From: Nannocystis bainbridge
GTDB taxonomy: Bacteria; Myxococcota_A; Polyangia; Nannocystales; Nannocystaceae
DNA length: 64,000 nucleotides
Assembly (NCBI RefSeq): GCF_028368995.1
Contig: NZ_JAQNDL010000003.1
Location: 1,696,001 to 1,760,000, forward strand
Direction of reading: 5' to 3'
Below the pieces are notes generated by a model. It worked only from the letters and a program-made list of their open reading frames with translations. It searched no databases and was not told the origin of the DNA. Positions 29,197-39,200 of this stretch are shown here, in pieces. Position numbers and translations under genes: made by a program. Every line of letters begins with the position of its first letter. Position 1 is the stretch's first letter.

Positions 29197-29970
29197 TCAC
29201 TTCTGCGGCCCGAGCCGGGCCTCGAGCGCACGGATCCGGGCCAGCACGTCGGCGTGCTCGGACGACTTGGCCCAGCCCGGCTGGAGCGACGCCATCTGCT
29301 CGTCGTACTGGCGGTACATCACCCGCGCGCGCCGCAGCCGCTCCGGGTCGGGCGTCACCTCGTAGCTGCGCTCGTAGACCACCGCGAGGTTGAAGATCAC
29401 CGCCCCGAGCACCTCCGGCGCGGCCGGGTCGTTGCTGCTGCGGATCAGCTCGTAGGCCGCGCGGAACTTGGCGATCGCCACGTCGAAGTCGGTCAGCTCG
29501 TAGGCCTTCTGGCCCTCGTCGTAGAGCTTGCGGGCCTTCGCCATCGGGTCACCCGGGCCGGGCGTGACCGTCGTCGGCGGCGGCAGCGGACCGCCGAGCT
29601 GCGGGTCCGGCGGCGCCGCGCCCGGGTCCGGCGGCGTCGGGGCCGGCGGCGGGCTCGGAGCCATGCCGACCACGCGGGCCCCGACCACCTGCCCCGGCTC
29701 GCCGTCGCGGCGCAGGGTGATCTTCGAGTCGCGGTCGATATAGACCTGCGCGGCGACCTGCTTGCCGTCGGGCCACCGCGCCAGCAGCGTCGCCGGCTCG
29801 TCGCCGCCCGACACCGACCAGCGCTGCTCGCGGCTGGTGTTGCCGTCGAGCGTGACCTCGGCCCCGGTCGGGTCGGTGTCGACGCGGACCACGTAGCGCG
29901 CGCAGCCCAGCGTCGCCACCAGCGTGAGGCACCCGAGGGTCGAGGCGATCGCAGAGCGTGGGCCTGGCAT
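29197..29970 (-). CDS. Lipoprotein with PEGA-like and TPR domains
   Basis: ATLGC lipobox, VDTDPTGAEVTLDG, ARKLYDEGQKAY...FRAAY. Confidence 0.75.
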   Translation of the reverse strand: MPGPRSAIASTLGCLTLVATLGCARYVVRVDTDPTGAEVTLDGNTSREQRWSVSGGDEPATLLARWPDGKQVAAQVYIDRDSKITLRRDGEPGQVVGARVVGMAPSPPPAPTPPDPGAAPPDPQLGGPLPPPTTVTPGPGDPMAKARKLYDEGQKAYELTDFDVAIAKFRAAYELIRSSNDPAAPEVLGAVIFNLAVVYERSYEVTPDPERLRRARVMYRQYDEQMASLQPGWAKSSEHADVLARIRALEARLGPQK

Positions 29971-30000
29971 GCGCGAGGTCAGGATACACTCCCGCGGGCG

Positions 30001-30741
30001 ATGGAGAAACCCGGCCCGTGGCCGCCCCGGCCCCAGCTCGACGCCCTGCACGCGCGCTACGTGGTCGAAGTCGTCGAGGAGCTCAGCCTGTGCCCGTTCG
30101 CTCGCAAGTGCCGCGAGCTCGGGCGCCTGCACCGGCCCATCTTCCCGGCCCCGCCGAGCCCGCACGAGGCCGCGCAGGGGCTCGCCGAAGTCGTCAGCGC
30201 GCACCCCGACGCCGAGGTCGTGCTGCTCACCTTCATCACCCGCGGCGCCCTGCCCGGCACCCCGCCGGCCCCGACCCAGGCCGAGCGGGCGTTCGCCGAC
30301 ACCGAGCTTTTTGAGGAATTCGTCCGCGAGGTCCGCGACGCCTACGCCGGCCTCCCGCGCGCCCCCGCGCGCTTCTACATGGTCGCGTTCCACCCGGCCT
30401 ACACGCGCGTCGACACCCGCCGCCCGCTGACCGCGGACTCGCTGGTCCCGCTGCTGCGACGCACCCCCGATCCGCTGATCCAGTGCATCCGCGCCGACCT
30501 GCTCGACCAGATCCGCCGCCAGGCCCAGGCCGCCGCCGAGGTCCGCTTCCGCGAGGAGATGGCCCGCCTCGGCCCCGAGTTCCTGATCCTTGCCGACCGC
30601 GCGATCAAGGCCGACCCAGAGCTCAGCCAGGACATCGCCCGCCACAACTTCGCCAGCGTCGGCGCCGGCCCCGGTCGCGAGCAGCTCGAGGCGACCATCG
30701 CCGACATCCTCGCCCAGCGCCGCGCCCTCGAGCTCGCCTGA
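30001..30741 (+). CDS. Hypothetical protein (DUF1415-like)
   Basis: VVEELSLCPFA, VAFHP, RRTPDPLIQ. Confidence 0.7.
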   Translation: MEKPGPWPPRPQLDALHARYVVEVVEELSLCPFARKCRELGRLHRPIFPAPPSPHEAAQGLAEVVSAHPDAEVVLLTFITRGALPGTPPAPTQAERAFADTELFEEFVREVRDAYAGLPRAPARFYMVAFHPAYTRVDTRRPLTADSLVPLLRRTPDPLIQCIRADLLDQIRRQAQAAAEVRFREEMARLGPEFLILADRAIKADPELSQDIARHNFASVGAGPGREQLEATIADILAQRRALELA

Positions 30742-30826
30742 TCGTTCGGACATGCCCTCTCAGACATGCGCTGAAAGGCATGCCCGATCGGACATGCCTG
30801 ATTAGACATGGTCAAACAATCATATC
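30739..30826. repeat. 14-bp-phased TGYC-N6-GACA array (6 units)
   Basis: GACA/GGCA at 30749, 30763, 30777, 30791, 30805, each followed by TG; ATCA at 30819. Confidence 0.9.
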
Positions 30827-31018
30827 ATCCGCCTGACGCCTCGTTCCGATCCAGAGGCCTCGCCGCCTCACACTCGGCCCGTACGACGCTCTCCTCGCGC
30901 GGCGGGACGGCCGGGTCACGGCCGCGGCAGCCGACCTGACGGCTCGCCGCCCGATCCACGCCCCGCTCGTCCGCAACGACTTCTCCGTGATTATCTCGCC
31001 CGTGGTAGCCTGCGCGGC

Positions 31019-31432
31019 ATGTTGTCCAGCGAGCTCGTCGCCGCGGTCGAGGGTGGTGACATCGAGGCCATCGAGCAGGCCCTGCGCGCCGAGCCGGGCC
31101 TCATCGCCGCCCGCACCGGCGACGAAGACACCCTGCTGCACCTCGCTTGCTGGCAGAAGCAGACCGCGATCGCGGCCTTGCTGCTGGCCCGCGGGGCCGA
31201 CCCCAACGCGCGCGGCTGCTACGGCCGCACGGCCCTCCACTACGCGGTGCACGACGGACGCGCGGTGAGCGTCGAGCTGGTCCGCTCGCTGCTCGCTCGC
31301 GGCGCCGACCCCTGGATCGCCGAGAACAACGGCTTCACCGCCGAGGCTTGGGCGCGCCAGGAGATGTGGGACGAGCCGCTCGCCGCCGTGCTGCAGATGT
31401 TCGCCGCCTCGCGCAGCCGCGCGCCCGGGTGA
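31019..31432 (+). CDS. Ankyrin repeat protein
   Basis: TLLHLAC, LLARGADPNA, GRTALHYAV. Confidence 0.9.
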   Translation: MLSSELVAAVEGGDIEAIEQALRAEPGLIAARTGDEDTLLHLACWQKQTAIAALLLARGADPNARGCYGRTALHYAVHDGRAVSVELVRSLLARGADPWIAENNGFTAEAWARQEMWDEPLAAVLQMFAASRSRAPG

Positions 31433-31604
31433 TCCGACCCCGCTGGCGAGCTCGGCGGTGACGACGTTCCTGGCGAGCTCGACTGTTTCGCCTCTCGCTG
31501 AACGCTGATTGTGCGCACGTTCGCCGCGGCGCCCGCCTCTCCATCGCATCCTCGGGCCGCGCCGGGTTCACCTCGCGCGGCCGGGCGGGCTATCCTCCGC
31601 GTGC

Positions 31605-32402
31605 ATGTCCGAACGCCACGTGCAGTGCAGCACCTGCGGGGTGCTCCGGCCCGAGAGCGAATCGCACAACGTCCCGACCCTCGACGCTGCCTCGGGTCAT
31701 TACGTCGACGGCTACTACTGCAGCGAGCACGCCGGCCCGGCCCTCGCCGGCACCCGGGCCCACGTCGCCGCGCTCGACCTCGAGGACGACGCGCGCGACG
31801 ACATGACGCCGCTCCTCACCCTCGACGCGCTCGTGCGCGCGCGCGGGCTGGCCAGCGAGGCGATCGATCCGCCCGCGACCGGCGACGGCATGGAGCGCGT
31901 GCGCAACGAAGCCCTCGCGCTGCTCGACCTGCTGGTCCACACGCGCCTGCCGATCGTCGAGCCCTCGGCCCTTTGCTCGGGCTGCTACCGCACGGTCCCG
32001 GCCTCGCAGGTCCGCGTGATCCCGTGGTTCAACGACAGCGCCGGCGATTTTGTCACCACCTTCCGCTGCGGCGACTGCTGCGCCTCCTCGCTGGCCGACA
32101 CCCGCGCGCGCCTCGACGCCGGCGGAGCCCGCGAGGTCGGCCAGCTGGCCGAGTTCTTCCAGCGCCACGGCGTCACGATCCTCGAGCACCGCCGCGGCGA
32201 TCCCCCCGAGGTCGTGCGACCGCTGCTGGCGCGCACCCTCGAGCTCGTGGCCGGCGGTCAGCTCCGCCTGCAGATCGGCGAGACCGTGCCGCTGAAGGAC
32301 GTCCTGTCCAGCCCCCAGCCCGAGCCCGCGCCCGCTCCCGAGCCGGCGCCCGCGGGCCCGTCGCTGTGGGGGCGGATCCGCCGGGCCTTCGGCCGCGAGT
32401 GA
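31605..32402 (+). CDS. Hypothetical protein with duplicated Zn-ribbon-like module
   Basis: CSTC...YYCSEH and CSGC...FRCGDC halves align. Confidence 0.75.
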   Translation: MSERHVQCSTCGVLRPESESHNVPTLDAASGHYVDGYYCSEHAGPALAGTRAHVAALDLEDDARDDMTPLLTLDALVRARGLASEAIDPPATGDGMERVRNEALALLDLLVHTRLPIVEPSALCSGCYRTVPASQVRVIPWFNDSAGDFVTTFRCGDCCASSLADTRARLDAGGAREVGQLAEFFQRHGVTILEHRRGDPPEVVRPLLARTLELVAGGQLRLQIGETVPLKDVLSSPQPEPAPAPEPAPAGPSLWGRIRRAFGRE

Positions 32403-32403
32403 T

Positions 32404-32463
32404 TGTCCCTCGGGACATGTCCGAAGAACACTGTCTTTACGGGCATGTCCTGTAAGACATGTA
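32404..32463. repeat. 14-bp-phased TGTC-N6-GACA array (4-5 units)
   Basis: TGTC at 32404, 32418, 32432, 32446; TGTA at 32460. Confidence 0.9.
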
Positions 32464-32594
32464 CTGACCTGCATCCGGTTGTTTTGAGGGTTGCCGGCGA
32501 CACACGCTGCGCCGCAGACGACACGCGCTCGCACTGCGGCGAGTCGCGAGCGGCCGCCTGCGCGAGCAGGCCTCGCGTACACTGCGGCGGGGTC

Positions 32595-33743
32595 ATGGCG
32601 CCGGAAGATTTCGCACCGATGGACGACGATCCGCTGCTCGAGGCCGTGCGCGTCGGCAGCATCGACGACGTCCGGCGGGCCCTGTCGCGGGCGCCGGCCG
32701 ACCTCGACGGTCGCAGCCACGCGTACGACTACACCCCGCTCGAGCTGGCGATCGCGCTGGACCGCGGCGACGTGGTGCGGCTGCTGCTCGACGCCGGCGC
32801 CGATGCCAACGCCCCTTCCGCCAACGACACCGACGCATTGACGGTGGCGATCGAGGAGTACGGCGAGGACACGCGCCCGATGATCGAGCTGCTGCTGGCC
32901 CACGGCGCCCGTCCGACCGACGCGGCGCTGCTGGCCGCGGCCCGGGCCGGCGACCTGTGGGCGGTGGATCGACTGCTCGCCGCGCTGTCGGCCGAGTCGG
33001 CCTCGAGCCGCGACCTCGAGGAGATCGAGGGCGCCCTGCTGGCGGCGGCGGTCCGGCGCGGCGACGCGGCCCTGTTCGAGCGCGTGCGCGCCCGCAGCGA
33101 CGACGTGTCCGGGCCGTACCTGCAATGGGCCTTCGAGGCCGCCGCCGACAGCGGTCAATCGGGCATGTGGGGCCGCCTGCTGCAGCTCGGCGAGCCCGAC
33201 CTGCCGCGCGCGCTGCAGTCGGCCGTGCTCGCGTTCCTGCGCAGCGGCACCCCCGGGCAGTACGAGCTGCTGCGCCAGATCACCCGCGCCGCCGGGCCCG
33301 CCGCCGCCAGCCAGCTGTTCGCGTTCGCCGTCACCTGCGGCCTCGCCGTCTCCGACCGCACCGAGGCCCTGCTCGCGCTCGCCCGCGAGTGCGGCGGCGA
33401 CCTCGAGGCCCGCGACGCCGCCGGCATGACCGCCCTGCTGATGGCCGCCGACCGCCATCACATCGAGCACATGCGCCGGCTGATCGCCCTCGGCGCCGAT
33501 CGCCGGGCCCGCGACGCCTCCGGTCGGGGCCTCAGCGCCCACGTCGAGCGCTGGCCGCAGAGCGTGCGCCTGGCCGAGACCCGCGCCTACCTCGTCGAGC
33601 TCGGCGTGCCGACCGAACGACCGATCGGCGGCGAACCACTCCCCTCGCGCGACCCCGTCGGCCCCGCGCTGGTGGTCGGCTTCGCTCTGGCCGCGGCGAT
33701 CGTCGCGGTCGTGCTGCTGCTGCACGCGCTCGGCCTGCTGTGA
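32595..33743 (+). CDS. Ankyrin repeat protein with C-terminal TM anchor
   Basis: TPLELAI, LLDAGADAN, GMTALLMAA; hydrophobic C-terminus. Confidence 0.85.
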   Translation: MAPEDFAPMDDDPLLEAVRVGSIDDVRRALSRAPADLDGRSHAYDYTPLELAIALDRGDVVRLLLDAGADANAPSANDTDALTVAIEEYGEDTRPMIELLLAHGARPTDAALLAAARAGDLWAVDRLLAALSAESASSRDLEEIEGALLAAAVRRGDAALFERVRARSDDVSGPYLQWAFEAAADSGQSGMWGRLLQLGEPDLPRALQSAVLAFLRSGTPGQYELLRQITRAAGPAAASQLFAFAVTCGLAVSDRTEALLALARECGGDLEARDAAGMTALLMAADRHHIEHMRRLIALGADRRARDASGRGLSAHVERWPQSVRLAETRAYLVELGVPTERPIGGEPLPSRDPVGPALVVGFALAAAIVAVVLLLHALGLL

Positions 33744-33771
33744 TCCCACCGCGGATCGCGGTCACGCGCCG

Positions 33772-34545
33772 TCAGACGATCCCCCCGTTGGCGCGCACGG
33801 TCTGGCCATTGACCCACTCCGCCTCGGGGCCGGCGAGGAAGCTGACCACGCGGGCGATGTCCTCGGGTCGGCCGAGCCGCTCGAGCGGCGCGAGCTTGGT
33901 CAAGTGCTCGATCTGCTCCGGCGTCTTGCCGTCGAAGAACAGGTCGGTGGCGGTGGGGCCAGGGGCGACGGCGTTGACGGAGATCCCGCGGCCGCGCAGC
34001 TCCTTGGCGACGATGCGGGTCATGGTCTCGACGGCCGCCTTGGTGGCCGCGTAGACGGCGTAGCCGGGCAGCGCGAGGCCGACGACGCTGGTCGAGAAGT
34101 TGACGATCCGCCCGCCCTTGCGCAGCCGCTGGACCGCCGCGCGCATCGTGTAAAACGTGCCCTTGATGTTGATCGCCAGCAGGCGGTCGAGCAGCGCGTC
34201 GTCGGTGTCGACCAGCGGCACCAGCCCGGGCTGGATCACCCCGGCGTTGTTGACGACGACGTCGACGCCGCCGAACTCCGCCTCGGCGCGGTCGAACAGG
34301 CGGCCGACCGCGGCCGGGTCGGCGACATCGGCCTGCACCGCGATCGCCCGCCCGCCCGCAGCGACGATCTCGCCGACGACGTGCTCGGCGTCGGCGACCC
34401 GGCCCGCGTAGTTGACCACCACCGCGAAGCCGTCGGCGGCGAGGCGGCGAGCGACGGCTGCGCCGATTCCCCGGGACGAACCGGTGACGATGGCGACGCG
34501 CGTCGCGGTGGGAGCGAGGGTGGAAGGTTCGGCGGCGACGGTCAT
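33772..34545 (-). CDS. SDR family oxidoreductase
   Basis: TGSSRGIG, NNAG, YAATK, VNAVAPG. Confidence 0.95.
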   Translation of the reverse strand: MTVAAEPSTLAPTATRVAIVTGSSRGIGAAVARRLAADGFAVVVNYAGRVADAEHVVGEIVAAGGRAIAVQADVADPAAVGRLFDRAEAEFGGVDVVVNNAGVIQPGLVPLVDTDDALLDRLLAINIKGTFYTMRAAVQRLRKGGRIVNFSTSVVGLALPGYAVYAATKAAVETMTRIVAKELRGRGISVNAVAPGPTATDLFFDGKTPEQIEHLTKLAPLERLGRPEDIARVVSFLAGPEAEWVNGQTVRANGGIV

Positions 34546-34764
34546 GCCGCAAGGATGACGAGCGTCGCCGCCCGCGGGTAGCCGCCCGGCCGTGAAATTC
34601 GCCCGTCCTCCTCCGAACACGCGGCTGCAGCCCGAGCTGTTCGCGGGGCTCCTCCGCGATTGCCCGCGGTGATGTCGAAAGCGCGGGAGACGTCATCGGT
34701 CGCGCGCGAAAGCGGGAGCGGGCGCGCCGCGAACCGGCGCAGCGGCGCGGGCTATGCTCCGGCC

Positions 34765-35496
34765 ATGCAAGGCTCCGCGATCGCGCTGCTCATCCTCGCC
34801 TACCTCGCCGCGCTCGGCGTCGCCGTGTGGAGCGACGTCCCGCCCGGCGTGCTGCTGACCTGGGGCGCCGGCGGGGCCGCGTTGATCTGGCTGGTCGTGC
34901 TGGTGACCTTGCCGTGGAACTTGCACTTCCGGGCCCGCGAGGTCCTGGCGGAGATGCGGCGCTCGCGGGACGCCGGCATCAAGGTCACCGACGAACAGAT
35001 CGCCTTCGCCGAGCGGGTGAAGCGCTGGACCCTGATCACCAGCCTCGCGATTCATTTCGTGTCCGCCGGCGTCGCCCTCGCTGTCGCCGTCTTCACCGGC
35101 GCCGACCTCGGCTATCCGTTCGCCGGCTTCTACTTGCTGTCGTGTCTGGTGCGCCCCGCGATCGCTTCGATGCAGCAGATCCGCCGCCGCCTCGAGGCGA
35201 TCGCCGAGGACACCCGGTTCCCCCGCGACGACGTCATGAAGCTGCGCGGGCAGGTCGCGCACCACGAGAACGTCGTCGTCAAGCTCGAGGAGTCGCTCAA
35301 GACCCTGCGCGAGGAGCACGACCAGCTGGCCGCCCGCACCGACCGCCAGCGCGTCGAGCTCGAGCAGAAGATCGGCGCCCTGGCCCGCAAGTTCGAGGAG
35401 AGCCTCGACCGCCTCACCGACAACCGCGAGCTCATCTCCGGCATCAAGGCGTTCTTGCGGATGATCCGCGGGGGCGACGTCGACGCCAAGGTCTAG
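34765..35496 (+). CDS. Membrane protein with C-terminal coiled coil
   Basis: About 4 TM helices followed by a heptad-rich helix; PWNLHFRAREV motif. Confidence 0.8.
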   Translation: MQGSAIALLILAYLAALGVAVWSDVPPGVLLTWGAGGAALIWLVVLVTLPWNLHFRAREVLAEMRRSRDAGIKVTDEQIAFAERVKRWTLITSLAIHFVSAGVALAVAVFTGADLGYPFAGFYLLSCLVRPAIASMQQIRRRLEAIAEDTRFPRDDVMKLRGQVAHHENVVVKLEESLKTLREEHDQLAARTDRQRVELEQKIGALARKFEESLDRLTDNRELISGIKAFLRMIRGGDVDAKV

Positions 35497-35540
35497 CGCC
35501 CGCTGGCCGCCCCGCGCCCGGGCGGGCTATGCTCGCCGTG

Positions 35541-36182
35541 ATGGACGACCCCGATCGCCGCCTCCTCGATGCCTGGCGCGCCGGCGATCGCCAGGCCGGG
35601 CAAGCGCTGGCCTCGCAGCACTACCCCGCGGTCTATCGCTTCTTCTTCGGCAAGGTCCGCGACTCGGTGTGCGAGGACCTGGCCCAACAGACCTTCGAGG
35701 TCGTGTGCCGCCGGCGCGACGCCTACCGCGGCGACGGCAGCTTCCGCGCCTACCTGTTCGGCGTCGCCCGCTTCGTCCTGATCGGCTGGGCGCGCCGGCA
35801 GCGGCGGTTCGAGCCGACCGAGGACAGCCTGCCCGCCGACGCCGAGCCGCTGCCCGGGCTGCTCGCCGACCGCGAGCTGGTGCGGCTCGTCGCCACCGCG
35901 CTGCGCAGCCTCCCGCTCGACGATCAGCTGATCATCGAGCTCAAGGACTGGGAGCACCTGACCCAGGCCGAGCTCGCGGCGCTGTTCGAGGCCCCGCAGG
36001 CGACCGTCGCGCGCCGGCTGCAGCGCGCGCGCGCGCGCCTGCGCGTCGCGGTCGAGCAGCTCGTGGACGACCCGGCCCTGCGCGACCGCACCCTGCGCGG
36101 CCTCGAGAGCTGCATGGAGAGCATCCGCGTCGAGGTCGAGCGCCGGTTCGGCCCCGAGCCGCGCGGGCGGGACCCGGAGTGA
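35541..36182 (+). CDS. ECF sigma-70 factor
   Basis: DRRLLDAWRAGD, EDLAQQTF, FRAYLFGVAR, region 4 with RLQRARARL. Confidence 0.9.
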   Translation: MDDPDRRLLDAWRAGDRQAGQALASQHYPAVYRFFFGKVRDSVCEDLAQQTFEVVCRRRDAYRGDGSFRAYLFGVARFVLIGWARRQRRFEPTEDSLPADAEPLPGLLADRELVRLVATALRSLPLDDQLIIELKDWEHLTQAELAALFEAPQATVARRLQRARARLRVAVEQLVDDPALRDRTLRGLESCMESIRVEVERRFGPEPRGRDPE

Positions 36183-36265
36183 CGGGCAGCGAAAATAAAT
36201 TCGCTAGCGCCGGGGATCAGCCCGTCGGGTCGCCGCACTTGGCGGCCACACCCACGGAGTTCGTC

Positions 36266-39200
36266 ATGCCCGCCACCGCTCGCCCCCAAGCCCCCGCGTC
36301 CCACGTCGTCCGCGCCGCCCAGGCCCGCCTCGTCGCCCACCTCGGCGAGGCCGACCTCGGCGCCTCGGCCGAGCCGACCCTGACACCCGCCGGCAGCCCC
36401 ACGCGGCTCGCCGACCCGACCTCGTGGCCGGGCCCCTCGCGCGCGCCGCACCAGCCCGCGGACGACGAGCGCTACGAGTTCGGCGAGGCCTTCGCCGCCG
36501 GCGGCCTCGGCGTGGTCCGCCGCGCCCGCGACCGCCGCCTCGGCCGCGACGTCGCCGTCAAGGAGTTGATGCGCACCGACCCGGCCGCCGAGCACCGCTT
36601 CGCGCTCGAGGCGGCGATCACGGCCCGCCTGCAGCACCCCGGCATCGTCCCGCTCTACGACATCGGCCGCCACGCGACCGGCGAGCCGTACTACTGCATG
36701 AAGCTCGTCGAGGGCCAGACGCTCGAGCACGAGATCCGCCGCCGCTCGCAGCCTTACGAGCGGCTGGCGCTGATCGAGCACGTGATCGCGGCCGCCGACG
36801 CCGTCGCCTACGCGCACCGCCACGGGGTCCTCCACCGCGATCTCAAGCCGGCCAACATCCTGGTCGGCGAGCTCGGTGAGGCGGTGGTGATCGATTGGGG
36901 CCTGGCCAAGGACACCACGCAGCCCAGCGCTGACCCGCCCCCGAGCCCGCACGCGCCCACGAGCGGCTTCATCTCGACCGTGACCGAGCACGGCACGGTG
37001 CTCGGCACCCTGCGCTACATGCCGCCGGAGCAGGCCCGCGGCGAGGTCGTCGACGCCCGCGGCGACGTGTTCGCCCTCGGCGCGGTGCTCTACCACGTGC
37101 TCGCCGGTGCCCCGCCCTACGCCGACGTCGACGGCCGCGTGCTCGCCTCGCGCGTGGTCGAGGCCGCGGTCGATGACCTGCGGGAGCGCGCCCCCGAGGC
37201 CCCGCGCGAGCTGGTGGCGATCGCCCAGCGAGCCATGGCCGCGCGCCCCGAAGACCGCTACGCCAGCGCCGAGGCGCTCGCCGAGGACCTGCGCCGCTTC
37301 CTCACCGGCCGCATGGTCGACGCCCACCGCTACTCCGCCGGCGAGGTCGTGCGCCTGTGGCTGCGCCGGCACCGGGCCGCTGTGGGTGTCGCCTCGGCTT
37401 CGCTGGTGGCCCTCGTGGCCGGTGGCGCCTACGCGGTGCAGAACGTCTACCACCAACGCGACGCCGCCGCGGTCGCGCAGGCCCACGCCGAGGCCGCGCG
37501 CGGCGAGGCCGAGTCGGCGCTGGCGACCGCCCGCCAGCAGACCACGGCGTCGCTGCTGGCCCAGGCCCGCGCCGCGCTCAACGGCGACCTCGCCGGCAGC
37601 CTGACCGCGCTGGCGCAGGTCGACCTGTCCGATGAGACATCCGCACGCCGGGCCCGCCTGCTGGCGCTGGCAGCCGAGACCCGCGGGGCGCCGACGCGGA
37701 TCTTGCACGGCCACGCGCGGCCGGTGTCGCAGGTGGTCGCGCTGTCCGACGGCGCGCTGGTCAGCGTCGACGTCGGCGGTGACGTGTGGAAGTGGGACGC
37801 AAAGACCGGGGCCGGGGCGCGCCTGTTCGAGCTGGGCGAGCGCGAGGTGGTCCTGGTCGTGGCCCGCGACGCGCCGATCTTCGCGGCGATCGGCCGCCGC
37901 AGCGCCCGCGTCGAGCGAGCGGGCCATTCGCAGGCGATCGACGTGTCGATGGTCGACCGCGGCGACCACGGGATCCAGCAGTACCGCTGGACGATGTCGG
38001 CCGGCGGCGAGGCGCTGGCGGCCCTCAGCGAGCCGGCCACGTCGAGCGCCGGGTTCGCCGGCGCGCCCGCCTATCGCTGGGACCTGACCCAAGAGCCAGC
38101 CAAGCTCGACGTCGTCCCGGGCACCCGCGGCCGGACCGCGGCCCTCAGCCCCGACGGCCGCACCGTCGCCTACGAGGACGCCGCCCGCGGAGCCTTCCTG
38201 CGCACCGGCGAGCAGTCGCTGGCGACGCCGGCGATCTCCGGCCCGCTCGAGTTCTCGAGCAGCGGCGCGCACCTCGTCAGCTGGGCGGTCGACCAGCCGC
38301 CGCGCCACGTCGCGTACACCCCGGCGACTCAGGAGGTCCACCCGCTCGGGCGCTGGACCCTGGCGATCGCGCCCGACGACCGGGCCCTGGTGCTCGACGT
38401 CGACGACTTCACCGGCATGATCTCGCTGTCGATGCGCTCTCTGGCCGACGCTGCGACGCGCTGGACCGCGACGCCGGTCGAGTCGGGCAACCTCGTCGAG
38501 TGGGGCGACGCGCAGGAGTACGACGTCGTCGTCGACCCGCGCGGCGACAGCCTCGCCGTGCGCACCCCCGATCACTGGCTGCTCGGCTCGCAGACCGACG
38601 GCAGCTTCCCCCGCCGCCTCGACGCCGACAACGCGCGCCACGCCGCCTACGCCGGCGACGGCCGGTTCGCGGTCGCCCACCTCGGCGACATCCACGTGTG
38701 GGAGCCCGCGCCGGTGCCCCCGGCCGCGCAGGGCCTGGCCGGGCTGAACGTCGGCGCCCTGGCGCTCGATGGCCGCCAGGCGATCGTCTACGCCGACCAG
38801 GGCTCGCCCCGCCTTCGGGACATGTTCTCCGGGACATCCACGGCGTCCTGCCACGATCGCCTCACGGTCGAGCAGTTCCTCGACCCCGAGGCCCGGTCGG
38901 CCGTCGGCGGCGGTCGCTCGCTGTTCGTCGACAAGGCCGGCGAGGCCTGCCTCGGCGACGGCGCCGGGCTTCACGAGTTCGCGGTGGGCAAGCCGACCAC
39001 CAGCGTCGCCCTGGCCGACGCCGGCTCCGCGTTCGCGGCCGGCTTCGCCGACGGCACCGTGCTCACCTGGCGCGACGTCGCCGCCACCGCGCGCAAGTGG
39101 GAGCTCGGGGCGCAGGTCGCCGGGCTCGTGCTCACCCGCGCGGGCGACGGCGCGATCGCCTTCACGCCCGCCGGCCAGGTGTTCGCGCTCACCGACGCGG

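Noticed and set aside
30739-30826. 14-bp arrays as a CRISPR or mini-CRISPR
   Set aside because: An 8-bp core with 6-bp spacers is far too short, the arrays are scattered, and there are no cas genes in the window.
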